DNA of 64,000 nucleotides from Macrostomum lignano (Eukaryota): NCBI GenBank assembly GCA_002269645.1, contig NIVC01000393.1, positions 372,001 to 436,000 of the forward strand, read 5' to 3'. Shown piece by piece: positions 39,275 to 50,563 of this stretch (position 1 is its first letter; each line of letters starts with the position of its first letter). The notes under the pieces were generated by a model. It saw only the letters and a program-made list of their open reading frames with translations, ran no database searches and was not told where the DNA came from. The position numbers and the translations under genes were made by a program.

Positions 39275-39551
39275 CATACATGCGCAACCCCCCTGATTTA
39301 CACTGGCCATGCGACTTACTTTTTGACCAAAAATGCGACTTACCTGTGAAAGAAACCCTAGAGCAACATTAACGCAATTTTGGGTAAACGGCAGGAGTAA
39401 CTATAACTGTCTTAAAAGGGCTAAATGCCTCGTCATCTAATTAGTACTACGTCCGTATTCTTTGGGGTGGGCATTTTTGCGACTTACCCCTGATCCACCA
39501 CAATTTACGGTGGCCAGATCGGCCAGGTCGGCCAGCAGTTGCGCATGTATG
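39275..39551. mobile_element. Nested 277-bp MITE (CATACATGCGCAAC TIR, 8-bp TSD) carrying a 28S rRNA fragment
   Basis: Perfect 14-bp TIR. Perfect TSD GACACTTA at 39267-39274 and 39552-39559. Confidence 0.88.
39382..39445 (+). other. 64-bp 28S rRNA-derived fragment (R2 / I-PpoI target region); not an rRNA gene
   Basis: 56/64 identical to the conserved LSU segment GGGTAAACGGCGGGAGTAACTATGACTCTCTTAAGGTAGCCAAATGCCTCGTCATCTAATTAGT, which is recalled from memory. Confidence 0.85.
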
Positions 39552-39842
39552 GACACTTAAATAGGTCAGTTGCCAGTTGGCAACTGAGGATGGCAATTGG
39601 CAGCTAGATTTTCAGCTCTAGTTGCCATTTGGCAACTGGATTTCGGATGAAAAAAACCCAGATAGGAATTTTCCATGGCAAAGGCCAACTTCTTGGCTAT
39701 AACATAAAAGTGATTTATTCTTGAAGTTTTCATTTAAAATTAATAAACAACTGTTTGCTATAAAATACAAAGAATCTAATTAAAAACCACTGCAACAAAC
39801 ATCAATATAAGTACTTTAATTCATACATTTGCCCAATTGCAG

Positions 39843-42800
39843 ATGGCAAACACAACTGGCATGGCTAATTTGAATCTAACTGGTGATGATGGCACAGTGC
39901 CAACTGAGGATGAGGTTAACCCATGGGAGGTGCACGCCTCTTCTGCTACTGGTGTGGACTATGACAAACTAATAAGTGAGTGCACTGCAGTAGATGCTCA
40001 TTGTCTTCTGCTCTAAAATTTAATAGAGCCAACTTATAGACAATAGGATACTCATTTTCAGAGATAAAAATTCTAGAAAACACGGGGATTATTGCTTGGG
40101 TTATCAAGGTTGTCAAATTCCAGATTTGCAGGAAACACACGGATTATTGCTTGATCTATCAAAGGTGTCAAATTCCAGATTTCTAGGAGACACGGGATTA
40201 TTGCTTGGATTATCAGTGCTGTCAAATTCTAGGAAACACTGGGATTATTGCTTGAGTTATCAAAGGTGTCAAGTTCCAGATTTCTAGGAGACACGGGATT
40301 ATTGCTTGGATTATCAGTGCTGTCAAATTCTAGGAAACACTGGGATTATTGCTTGAGTTATCAAAGGTGTCAAGTTCCAGATTTCTAGGAGACACGGGAT
40401 TATTGCTTGGATTATCAGTGCTGTCAAATTCTAGGAAACACTGGGATTATTGCTTGAGTTATCAAAGGTGTCAAGTTCCAGATTTCTAGGAGACACGGGA
40501 TTATTGCTTGGATTATCAGTGCTGTCAAATTCCAGGAAAAACGGGGATTATTGCTTGGATTATCAGTGCTGTCAAATTCCAGGAAACACTGGGATTATTA
40601 CTTGGATTATCAGTGCTGTCAAATTCCAGGAAACACTGGGTTTATTGCTTGGGTCATCAGTGCTGTCAAATTCTAGGAAACACTGGGATTATTGCTTGAG
40701 TTATCAAAGGTGTCAAGTTCCAGATTTCTAGGAGACACGGGATTATTGCTTGGATTATCAGTGCTGTCAAATTCCAGGAAAAACGGGGATTATTGCTTGG
40801 ATTATCAGTGCTGTCAAATTCCAGGAAACACTGGGATTATTACTTGGATTATCAGTGCTGTCAAATTCCAGGAAACACTGGGTTTATTGCTTGGGTCATC
40901 AGTGCTGTCAAATTCCAGGAAACACTGGGATTATTGCTTGGATTATCAGTGCTGTCAAATTCCAGGAAACACTGGGTTTATTGCTTGAGTTATCAAAGGT
41001 GTCAAGTTCCAGGAAACACTGGGTTTATTGCTTGGGTCATCAGTGCTGTTAAATTCCAGGAAACACTGGGATTATTGCTTGGGTCATCAGTGCTGTCAAA
41101 TTCCAGGAAACACGGGGTTATTGCTCAAATAGTTAGCTCCGAATTCCCACCTTGACGCCAGAGCGATTCGGCAGCAGTCCAATTGACTCTGCGCTGCTCA
41201 GCAAGTTCGAGACCACCCTCGGCCAGCCTCCGCACTTCCTTCTTCGTCGCGGAATCGTGTTCTCCCACCGGGACATGGACCAGATCCTCGCGCTGCACAG
41301 TCAGGGAAAGCCCTTCTTTCTCTATACCGGACGGGGTCCCTCGTCCGAGGCGATGCACATGGGCCACGTGATTCCCTTCCTGTTCACCAAATGGCTGCAG
41401 GAGGCCTTCAACGTGCCGCTGGTGATCCAGATGACGGACGACGAGAAATTCCTGTGGAAAGATATCAGCTTGGAGACGGCCAGGAGTTACACTACCGAGA
41501 ATGCCAAGTGAGAGCGCGTTGGGTAGCGATGTTGCCTTTTGTGCTACTTTTAGTAGCATATAAATCGTATCAGTTTTAAAAAGCTTTAGCTGAGACTTCT
41601 ATCCTCCTTAGAATAGCCCTCTATGATCCTTAGAGTCGCCTTTTGTTATCCTTAGAATCGCCCTCTATTATCCTTAGAATCGGCCTCTATTATCCTCAGA
41701 ATCGCCCTCTATTATCCTCAGAATCGCCCTCTATTATCCTTAAAATCGGCCTCTATTATCCTTAGAATCGCCTTCTATTATCCTTAGAATCGGCCTCTAT
41801 TATCCTCAGAATCGCCTTCTATTATCCTTAGAATCGGCCTCTATTATCCTCAGAATCGCCCTCTAATATCCTTAGAATCGGCCTCTATTATCCTCAGAAT
41901 CGCCCTCTATTATCCTTAGAATCGGCCTCTATTATCCTCAGAATCGCCCTCTATTATCCTTAGAATCGCCCTCTATGATCCTCAGAATCGCCTTCCCCAA
42001 GAATGTAGAATAAAAACAATTTACTATCAAGTCTGTTGCGCTACTCACAGTAGCACCTAAGCGCATGCATCCCCCAATCCGCCACCTCCCAGAGACATAA
42101 TCGCCCTCGGCTTCGACCCCGAGCGCACGTTCATCTTCTCCGACCTGGACTACATCGGCTCTTCCCCGGAGTTCTACCGCAACATGTGCCGGGTGCAGAA
42201 GGCGGTGACCTTCAACCAGGCTAAAGGCATCTTCGGCTTCACCGAGAGCGACTGCATCGGCAAGATCTCCTTCCCGGCTATCCAGGCTGCTCCATCGTTC
42301 TCGTCGAGTTTCCCCCACATTTTCAACTCCCGATCTGACATCCCCTGCCTGATCCCGTGCGCCATCGACCAGGATCCCTACTTCCGCATGACCCGCGACG
42401 TGGCTCCGAGAATCGGCTGCCCGAAGCCGGCGCTGCTGCACAGCACCTTCTTCCCTGCGCTGCAGGGCTGCCAGACTAAAATGTCCGCCTCGGATCCCAA
42501 CTCGTCAGTCTTCCTGACCGACACGCCGAAGGCTGTGAAGGACAAGATTAACAAATACGCTTTTAGCGGCGGCGGCGCCACGGTCGAGGAGCACAAGAAG
42601 AATGGCGGCAACTGCGACATCGACGTGAGCTATCAGTACCTGCGATTCTTTCTGGACGATGACCAGCGATTGGAAAAGATTCTACAGGTGAGTTTTTTGT
42701 TCGGGCGATTCCTAGGAATCTCGTTTTCTTGGAAATTTTATTTTAAGAATCATTCAGTGCTCTAGTTTCGGAGAATTTACTCGTACCTGTAGGAGTTCCC

Positions 42801-43673
42801 AGAAATCGTCCCTCATTTCTTATTTCTATTTCATTTCTTTTATCATTTTTAAAGAAAAACAAATTGATCTTATTTCTAAGAATAGCAATCTATTCGAATT
42901 TCTAAGAATAGCCATTTATTCTCGTTTCTTAGAATCGCCATCTATTCTCGTTTCTTAGAATCGCCATCTATTCTCGTTTCTTAGAATCGCCATCTATTCT
43001 CGTTTCTTAGAATTGCCATCTATTCTCGTTTCTTAGAATTGCCATCTATTCTCGTTTCTTAGAATCGCCATCTATTCTCGTTTCTTACAATCGCCATTTA
43101 TTATCATTTCTAAGAACCGCCATCCATTCTCTTTCTTAGAATCACCATCTGTTCTCGTTTTTAAGAATCGCCATCTATTCTCATCTCTAAGAATCGCCAT
43201 CTGTTCTCGTTTCTAAGAATCGCCGTCTATTCTCATTTCTGAGAATCGGCATCTATTCTCATTTCTAAGAATCGGCATCTATTCTCATTTCTGAGAATCG
43301 GCATCTATTCTCATTTCTAAGAATCGGCATCTATTCTCATTTCTAAGAATCGGCATCTATTCTCATTTCTAAGAATCGGCATCTATTCTCATTTCTAAGA
43401 ATCGGCATCTATTCTCATCTCTAAGAATCGGCATCTATTCTCATTTCTAAGAATCGGCATCTATTCTCATCTCTAAGAACCCCCCACCATTTGCCAATGA
43501 ATTCCAACCCGCAGGACTACAGCAGCGGCGAGTTACTCACGGGCTACCTGAAGAAGGAGCTGATCGAGCTGCTGCAGGCATTCCTGAAGAGCCATCAAGA
43601 GAAGCGCAAAGCTGTCACTGACGAAGTTGTCAAACAGTTTATGACGCCGAGGAAGTTGAAATTCGACTATTAA
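39843..43673 (+). CDS. WARS1: Tryptophanyl-tRNA synthetase, cytoplasmic; exons 39843-39975, 41162-41507, 42093-42687, 43515-43673; 410 aa
   Basis: [14 protein letters not shown]|[22 protein letters not shown] (HIGH-like), [38 protein letters not shown]. Splice phases 1, 2 and 0 are consistent (1233 nt). No WHEP domain. Confidence 0.96.
40075..41125. repeat. 47/54-bp minisatellite filling WARS intron 1
   Basis: GGGATTATTGCTTG recurs at 47- and 54-bp spacing (e.g. 40194, 40241, 40295). Confidence 0.93.
41605..41995. repeat. 22-bp minisatellite in WARS intron 2
   Basis: (TATCCTTAGAATCGCCCTCTAT)n. Confidence 0.93.
42870..43480. repeat. 26-bp minisatellite in WARS intron 3
   Basis: (GAATCGGCATCTATTCTCATTTCTAA)n and variants. 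Confidence 0.93.
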
Positions 43674-44031
43674 AGAAAATTTCGACCAAGTTTAAAGTCA
43701 ATGAACTAAAGTACTTTAAGGATTCTTTATTTGTGTTTAAAATTCAAATGACACGGATTATGGATTATCCATCCTAACAGCTCTTTCTTTGATGCCTTTC
43801 GAAGCTATAGCCGTATGTCTGTCATCTGTTTTGTTGTGTAGACCCAACCGCGATAAATCTGATCGCTATATGTTTACAAAGACCCTGTGTGTGCTTTGCC
43901 GGTTGTTCATTTAACTGCTTGTTGTCTGCTTGTGCATATTGTTCCAGATATTTCCGATTCAAGGCTAGAGATGGCATCTGGATCAGGAGAATGAAATCCT
44001 GATTTGACAAGTTAAATTCAGTTTCTCAAAG

Positions 44032-44323
44032 GGTTTGTAGCCTAATGGTTAGAGCGTTGGACTCACGACTGAAAGGTCAGGGGTTCGATTCTCGATCCAC
44101 TCGGAACATTTTCTGTCCTTGAACAAGACACTTAACTCTGCATTGCTTCAGTTCACCCTGCAGCTAAAAAATGGGTGCCAGCATTAGCTGGAGTAACTGA
44201 GGGTGTGTGGTGACCCCCCACTGCATGGACTGAACAGCCGTACGCAGCCTTCAGATGCGCCGCGCAATACCTGCGACTGAGCTGTTGGTTGCACATCTGG
44301 CTATTAGGGCAGGTGTAATCGAG
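44032..44323 (+). mobile_element. tRNA-derived SINE with CORE-like domain, copy 2
   Basis: A-box TAGCCTAATGG, B-box GGTTCGATTC and CTGTCCTTGAACAAGACACTTAAC core. Colinear with 23169-23489. Confidence 0.8.
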
Positions 44324-44329
44324 AAAGGA

Positions 44330-47300
44330 CCTCAAAGTGATATTTAGGAGCTGAAAATGAGATTTAGGAACTGAAAGTGAGATTTAGGAACTGAAAGTGA
44401 GATTTAGGAGCTGAAAGTGAGATTTAGGAACTGAAAGTGAGATTTAGGAGCTGAAAGTGAGATTTAGGAGCTGAAAGTGAGATTTAGGAACTGAAAGTGA
44501 GATTTAGGAACTGAAAGTGAGATTTAGGAGCTGAAAGTGAGATTTATGAGCTGAAAGTAAGATTTAGGAGCTGAAACTGAGATTTAGGAGCTGAAACTGA
44601 GATTTAGGAGCTGAAAGTGAGATTTATGAGCTGAAAGTGAGATTTAGGAGCTGAAGTGAGATTTAGGAACTGAAAGTGAGATTTAGGAACTGAAAGTGAG
44701 ATTTAGGAGCTGAAAGTGAGATTTATGAGCTGAAAGTGAGATTTAGGATCTCAAAGTGAGATTTAGGAGCTGAAAGTGAGATTTAGGAGCTGAAAGTGAG
44801 ATTTAGGAGCTGAAAGTAAGATTTAGGAGCTGAAAGTGAGATTAAGGAGCTGAAAGTGAGATTTAGGAGCTGAAAGTGAGATTTAGGATCTCAAAGTAAG
44901 ATTTAGGAGCTGAAGGTGAGATTTAGGAACTGAAAGTGAGATTTATGAGCTGAAAGTGAGATTTAGGATCTCAAAGTAAGATTTAGGAGCTGAAAGTGAG
45001 ATTTAGGAACTGAAAGTGAGATTTATGAGCTGAAAGTGAGATTTAGGAACTGAAAGTGAGATTTATTAGCTGAAAGTGAGATTTAGGATCTCAAAGTAAG
45101 ATTTAGGAGCTGAAAGTGAGATTTAGGATCTCAAAGTAAGATTTAGGAGCTGAAAGTGAGATTTAGGAGCTGAAAGTGAGATTTAGGATCTCAAAGTAAG
45201 ATTTAGGAGCTGAAAGTGAGATTTAGGAACTGAAAGTGAGATTTATGAGCTGAAAGTGAGATTTAGGATCTCAAAGTAAGATTTAGGAGCTGAAAGTGAG
45301 ATTTAGGATCTCAAAGTAAGATTTAGGAGCTGAAAGTGAGATTTAGGAGCTGAAAGTGAGATTTATGAGCTGAAAGTGAGATTTAGGAGCTGAAAGTGAG
45401 ATTTATGAGCTGAAAGTGAGATTCAGGAACTGAAAGTGAGATTTAGGAACTGAAAGTGAGATTTAGGAACTGAAAATGAGATTTAGGAACTGAAAGTGAG
45501 ATTTAGGAACTGAAAGTGAGATTTAGGAACTGAAAGTGAGATTTAGGAACTGAAAGTGAGATTTAGGAACTGAAAATGAGATTTAGGAACTTAAAGTGAG
45601 ATTTATGAGCTGAAAGTGAGATTTAGGAGCTGAAAGTAAGATTTAGGAGCTGAAAGTGAGATTTAGGAGCTGAAAGTGAGATTTAGGATCTCAAAGTAAG
45701 ATTTAGGAGCTGAAAGTGAGATTTAGGAACTGAAAGTGAGATTTATGAGCTGAAAGTGAGATTTAGGATCTCAAAGTAAGATTTAGGAGCTGAAAGTGAG
45801 ATTTAGGATCTCAAAGTAAGATTTAGGAGCTGAAAGTGAGATTTAGGAGCTGAAAGTGAGATTTATGAGCTGAAAGTGAGATTTAGGAGCTGAAAGTGAG
45901 ATTTATGAGCTGAAAGTGAGATTCAGGAACTGAAAGTGAGATTTAGGAACTGAAAGTGAGATTTAGGAACTGAAAATGAGATTTAGGAACTGAAAGTGAG
46001 ATTTAGGAACTGAAAATGAGATTTAGGAACTGAAAGTGAGATTTAGGAACTGAAAGTGAGATTTAGGAGCTGAAAGTGAGATTTAGGAGCTGAAAGTGAG
46101 ATTTATGAGCTGAAAGTGAGATTTATGAGCTGAAAGTGAGACCTAGCATCTCAAAGTGAGATTTAGGAGCTGAAAGTGAGATTTAGGAACTGAAAGTGAG
46201 ATTTATGAGCTGAAAGTGAGATTTAGGAGCTGAAATTGAGATTTAGGAGCTGAAAGTGAGATTTATGAGCTGAAAGTGAGATTTAGGAACTGAAAGTGAG
46301 ATTTAGGAGCTGAAAGTGAGATTTAGGAGCCGAAAGTGAGATCTAGCATCTCAAAGTGAGATTTAGGAGCTGAAAGTGAGATTTAGGAACTGAAAGTGAG
46401 ATTTAGGAGCTGAAAGTGAGATTTAGGAACTGAAAGTGAGATTTAGGAGCTGAAAGTGAGATTTAGGAACTGAAACTGAGATTTAGGAGCTGAAAGTGAG
46501 ATTTAGGAACTGAAAGTGAGATTTAGGAGCTGAAAGTGAGATTTAGGAGCTGAAAGTGAGATTTAGGAACTGAAAGTGAGATTTAGGAACTGAAAGTGAG
46601 ATTTAGGAACTGAAAGTGAGATTTAGGAACTGAAAGTGAGATTTAGGAACTGAAAATGAGATTTAGGAACTGAAAGTGAGATTTATGAGCTGAAAGTAAG
46701 ATTTATGAGCTGAAAGTGAGATTTAGGAGCTGAAAGTGAGATTTAGGAGCTGAAAGTGAGATTTAGGAACTGAAAGTAAGATTTATGAGCTGAAAGTAAG
46801 ATTTAGGAGCTGAAAGTGAGATTTATGAGCTGAAAGTGAGATTCAGGAACTGAAAGTGAGATTTATGAGCTGAAAGTGAGATTTAGGAACTGAAAGTGAG
46901 AGTTATGAGCTGAAAGTGAGATTTATGAGCTGAAAGTGAGATTTAGGAGCTGAAAGTGAGATTTAGGAGCTGAAAGTGAGATTTATGAGCTGAAAGTGAG
47001 ATTTATGAGCTGAAAGTGAGATTTATGAGCTGAAAGTGAGATTTAGGAGCTGAAAGTGAGATTCAGGAACTGAAAGTGAGATTTAGGAACTGAAAGTGAG
47101 ATTTAGGATCTCAAAGTGAGATTTAGGAGCTGAAAGTGAGATTTAGGAACTGAAAGTGAGATTTAGGAACTGAAAGTGAGATTTATGAGCTGAAAGTAAG
47201 ATTTATGAGCTGAAAGTGAGATTTAGGAGCTGAAAGTGAGATTTAGGAGCTGAAAGTGAGATTTATGAGCTGAAAGTGAGATTTAGGAACTGAAAGTGAG

Positions 47301-49071
47301 ATTTAGGAGCTGAAAGTGAGATTTAGGAACTGAAAGTGAGATTTAGGAGCTGAAAGTGAGATTTAGGAACTGAAACTGAGATTTAGGAGCTGAAAGTGAG
47401 ATTTAGGAACTGAAAGTGAGATTTAGGAGCTGAAAGTGAGATTTAGGAGCTGAAAGTGAGATTTAGGAACTGAAAGTGAGATTTAGGAACTGAAAGTGAG
47501 ATTTAGGAACTGAAAGTGAGATTTAGGAACTGAAAGTGAGATTTAGGAACTGAAAATGAGATTTAGGAACTGAAAGTGAGATTTATGAGCTGAAAGTAAG
47601 ATTTATGAGCTGAAAGTGAGATTTAGGAGCTGAAAGTGAGATTTAGGAGCTGAAAGTGAGATTTAGGAACTGAAAGTAAGATTTATGAGCTGAAAGTAAG
47701 ATTTAGGAGCTGAAAGTGAGATTTATGAGCTGAAAGTGAGATTCAGGAACTGAAAGTGAGATTTATGAGCTGAAAGTGAGATTTAGGAGCTGAAAGTGAG
47801 AGTTATGAGCTGAAAGTGAGATTTATGAGCTGAAAGTGAGATTTAGGAGCTGAAAGTGAGATTTAGGAGCTGAAAGTGAGATTTATGAGCTGAAAGTGAG
47901 ATTTATGAGCTGAAAGTGAGATTTATGAGCTGAAAGTGAGATTTAGGAGCTGAAAGTGAGATTCAGGAACTGAAAGTGAGATTTAGGAACTGAAAGTGAG
48001 ATTTAGGATCTCAAAGTGAGATTTAGGAGCTGAAAGTGAGATTTAGGAACTGAAAGTGAGATTTAGGAACTGAAAGTGAGATTTAGGAACTGAAAGTGAG
48101 ATTTATGAGCTGAAAGTAAGATTTATGAGCTGAAAGTGAGATTTAGGAGCTGAAAGTGAGATTTAGGAGCTGAAAGTGAGATTTATGAGCTGAAAGTGAG
48201 ATTTAGGAGCTGAAAGTGAGATTTAGGAGCTGAAAGTGAGATTTAGGAACTGAAAATGAGATTTAGGAACTGAAAGTGAGATTTAGGAACTGAAAGTGAG
48301 ATTTAGGAACTGAAAATGAGATTTAGGAACTTAAAGTGAGATTTATGAGCTGAAAGTGAGATTTAGGAGCTGAAAGTGAGATTTAGGAGCTGAAAGTGAG
48401 ATTTAGGAACTGAAAGTAAGATTTATGAGCTGAAAGTAAGATTTAGGAGCTGAAAGTGAGATTTATGAGCTGAAAGTGAGATTTATGAGCTGAAAGTGAG
48501 ATTTATGAGCTGAAAGTGAGATTTAGGAGCTGAAAGTGAGATTTATGAGCTGAAAGTGAGATTTATGAGCTGAAAGTGAGATTTAGGAGCTGAAAGTGAG
48601 ATTTAGGAGCTGAAAGTGAGATTTATGAGCTGAAAGTGAGATTTATGAGCTGAAAGTGAGATTTAGGAGCTGAAAGTGAGATTTAGGAACTGAAAGTGAG
48701 ATTTAGGAACTGAAAGTGAGATTTAGGAGCTGAAAGTGAGATTTAGGAACTGAAAGTGAGATTTATGAGCTGAAACTGAGATTTAGGAGCTGAAACTGAG
48801 ATTTAGGAGCTGAAAGTGAGATTTAGGAGCTGAAAGTGAGATTTATGAGCTGAAAGTGAGATTTATGAGCTGAAAGTGAGATTTAGGAACTGAAAGTGAG
48901 ATTTAGGAACTGAAAGTGAGATTTAGGAACTGAAAGTGAGATTTAGGAACTGAAAGTGAGATTTATGAGCTGAAACTGAGATTTAGGAGCTGAAAGTGAG
49001 ATTTAGGAGCTGAAAGTGAGATTTAGGATCTCAAAGTGAGATTTAGGAGCTGAAAGTGAGATTTAGGAACT
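44330..49071. repeat. 20-bp satellite (GATTTAGGAGCTGAAAGTGA)n, ~237 units, 4.7 kb
   Basis: Uninterrupted tandem array with point variants. Confidence 0.99.
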
Positions 49072-49453
49072 CCGCTGCGTTGTAAAGCAATTAATTTTAT
49101 TTAATTCTCTTTCCTCAGCTATATTCAATCTCGTTATAACAAAGTTAATTAAGTTATTATATAGATAATTATATTAACTGCGTTCTCTTATAAACCGAAA
49201 GCTGCTATATTTGCTAAAGAAATGGATACTAAAAAATTCAAATACATGCGCACGCTAATTGTGCTTTGAGTAGTCTATACAGCGCGCTGAGTCTGTGAGC
49301 TTTACATGACTAATGCGAAATTTATTTTGCGCCATTCTACTGCAAGCTACTTGTGGACTGCTAATTCTTATTCATTAAATCTTCGATTGTCTTAAATTTT
49401 TGCCTGGAAAGGCTACGAGCGTACATGTGCAATCTACAGAGGGACATATAGCG

Positions 49454-49647
49454 CTACAGCGTCTCATAGAAGGCGGTCCACGTATCGACGGGTTCGGACC
49501 TGACCCCGACTGAACGGGCCCTGCAAGGTGAGCAGTAGGACGTCCTGAACAGGGGGCAGTAGCCTTCGGCCAGGATCACGTGGCCCGCCAGGTAAAGTCC
49601 CAGAAGGTGCAGGATGATGGACGGGCGCTGCAGCTTGGCCCGAGATG
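49454..49647 (-). other. Candidate terminal coding exon for a small, possibly secreted peptide
   Basis: GC3-rich island after acag| acceptor reads SRAKLQRPSIILHLLGLYLAGHVILAEGYCPLFRTSYCSPCRARSVGVRSEPVDTWTAFYETL*. No upstream exon or homolog identified. Confidence 0.3.
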
Positions 49648-50563
49648 CTGTTTACAGTTTGCATTCACAGTTTCACAGGTGACAATAAATAAAAATCCGA
49701 ATCAGATAAAGATCAGAAGAGCTCTGCAGAACCCAACGGTCAGTCGGGTGCCAACACAGCTGCAAATGCTTGATGTTTACAATAAGCTCCGGGCCAGATC
49801 TTTTCCGTTCATTTTCTTAAAACTTCATTATCTGAGACTCGTGCAACTTCAGGCTATAATTTGGATGCATGAAATTGCAAAATTGATTTTTTACAATAAA
49901 AATGAAATGGTCTCGTGGACCGTTCCGAGTTGGAAGATTTGGAAGAATCGTAACAGAAGCAAAGCAACAGGAGTAAAAAAACATGAAAAAGAAAGTTATA
50001 GTCAAAGCTCCACTTCATAGTTTTAAACATTTGGCTTATTCGCCTTCTTAAGGTGGGGGCGTGGGGCCTCTGTGCAATGGCTTGCTTGCATGTGTTTATT
50101 ATGTGTTTTTGAATGCTTATGGGACTCAGCAGGTAACAAAAAACAAAAACAACAGCGACACGTACCCTGTCGATATGTCTAAAAATAGCCTGAGCAGTGT
50201 CAGCGTATAGCCAAACAATTTATGACACTCCCTTCTCTCTACCATTTTTCATCTTATTGACAAGCCAGGCCGCCATAGGCCATAGCGCTTTCCATTAAAA
50301 TATTTGTTTGACCTGCAACCATGCAAGTTTGCCCGCGTAAGAACATGTACAGGAGAAAAAGCTAAATAAGCGGTGGGAATAATTCAAATATAAAGATGGA
50401 TGAACTTGGAGTACAAAGGGTCCGTTGGGACAGAAATGTAGCCAATAGTTTTTATTTCGCTTTGGAGCCTTCTAATTGGTAGGCAGCATGAAGTTCAAAT
50501 GAGACATATATTACAAGCCAAGATGTGAGAGTCAGCCTTAAAATGTACTCTGACCGGATTCTG

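Larger units (their letters stand above)
39024..39661. mobile_element. TIR element (CTGGGTTTTTT termini) with 8-bp TSD
   Basis: CTGGGTTTTTT / AAAAAACCCAG termini. Perfect TSD ATAGGAAT at 39016-39023 and 39662-39669. Confidence 0.8.

Noticed and set aside
39382-39445. rRNA gene
   Set aside because: Only 64 bp match and it is enclosed by MITE termini; recorded as a fragment.
40096-41155. Multiple 60-120-aa ORFs in WARS intron 1
   Set aside because: Products of the 47/54-bp minisatellite.
44032-44105. tRNA gene (A and B boxes; also at 23169)
   Set aside because: Acceptor and anticodon stems do not pair properly, and the sequence continues into a shared SINE body.
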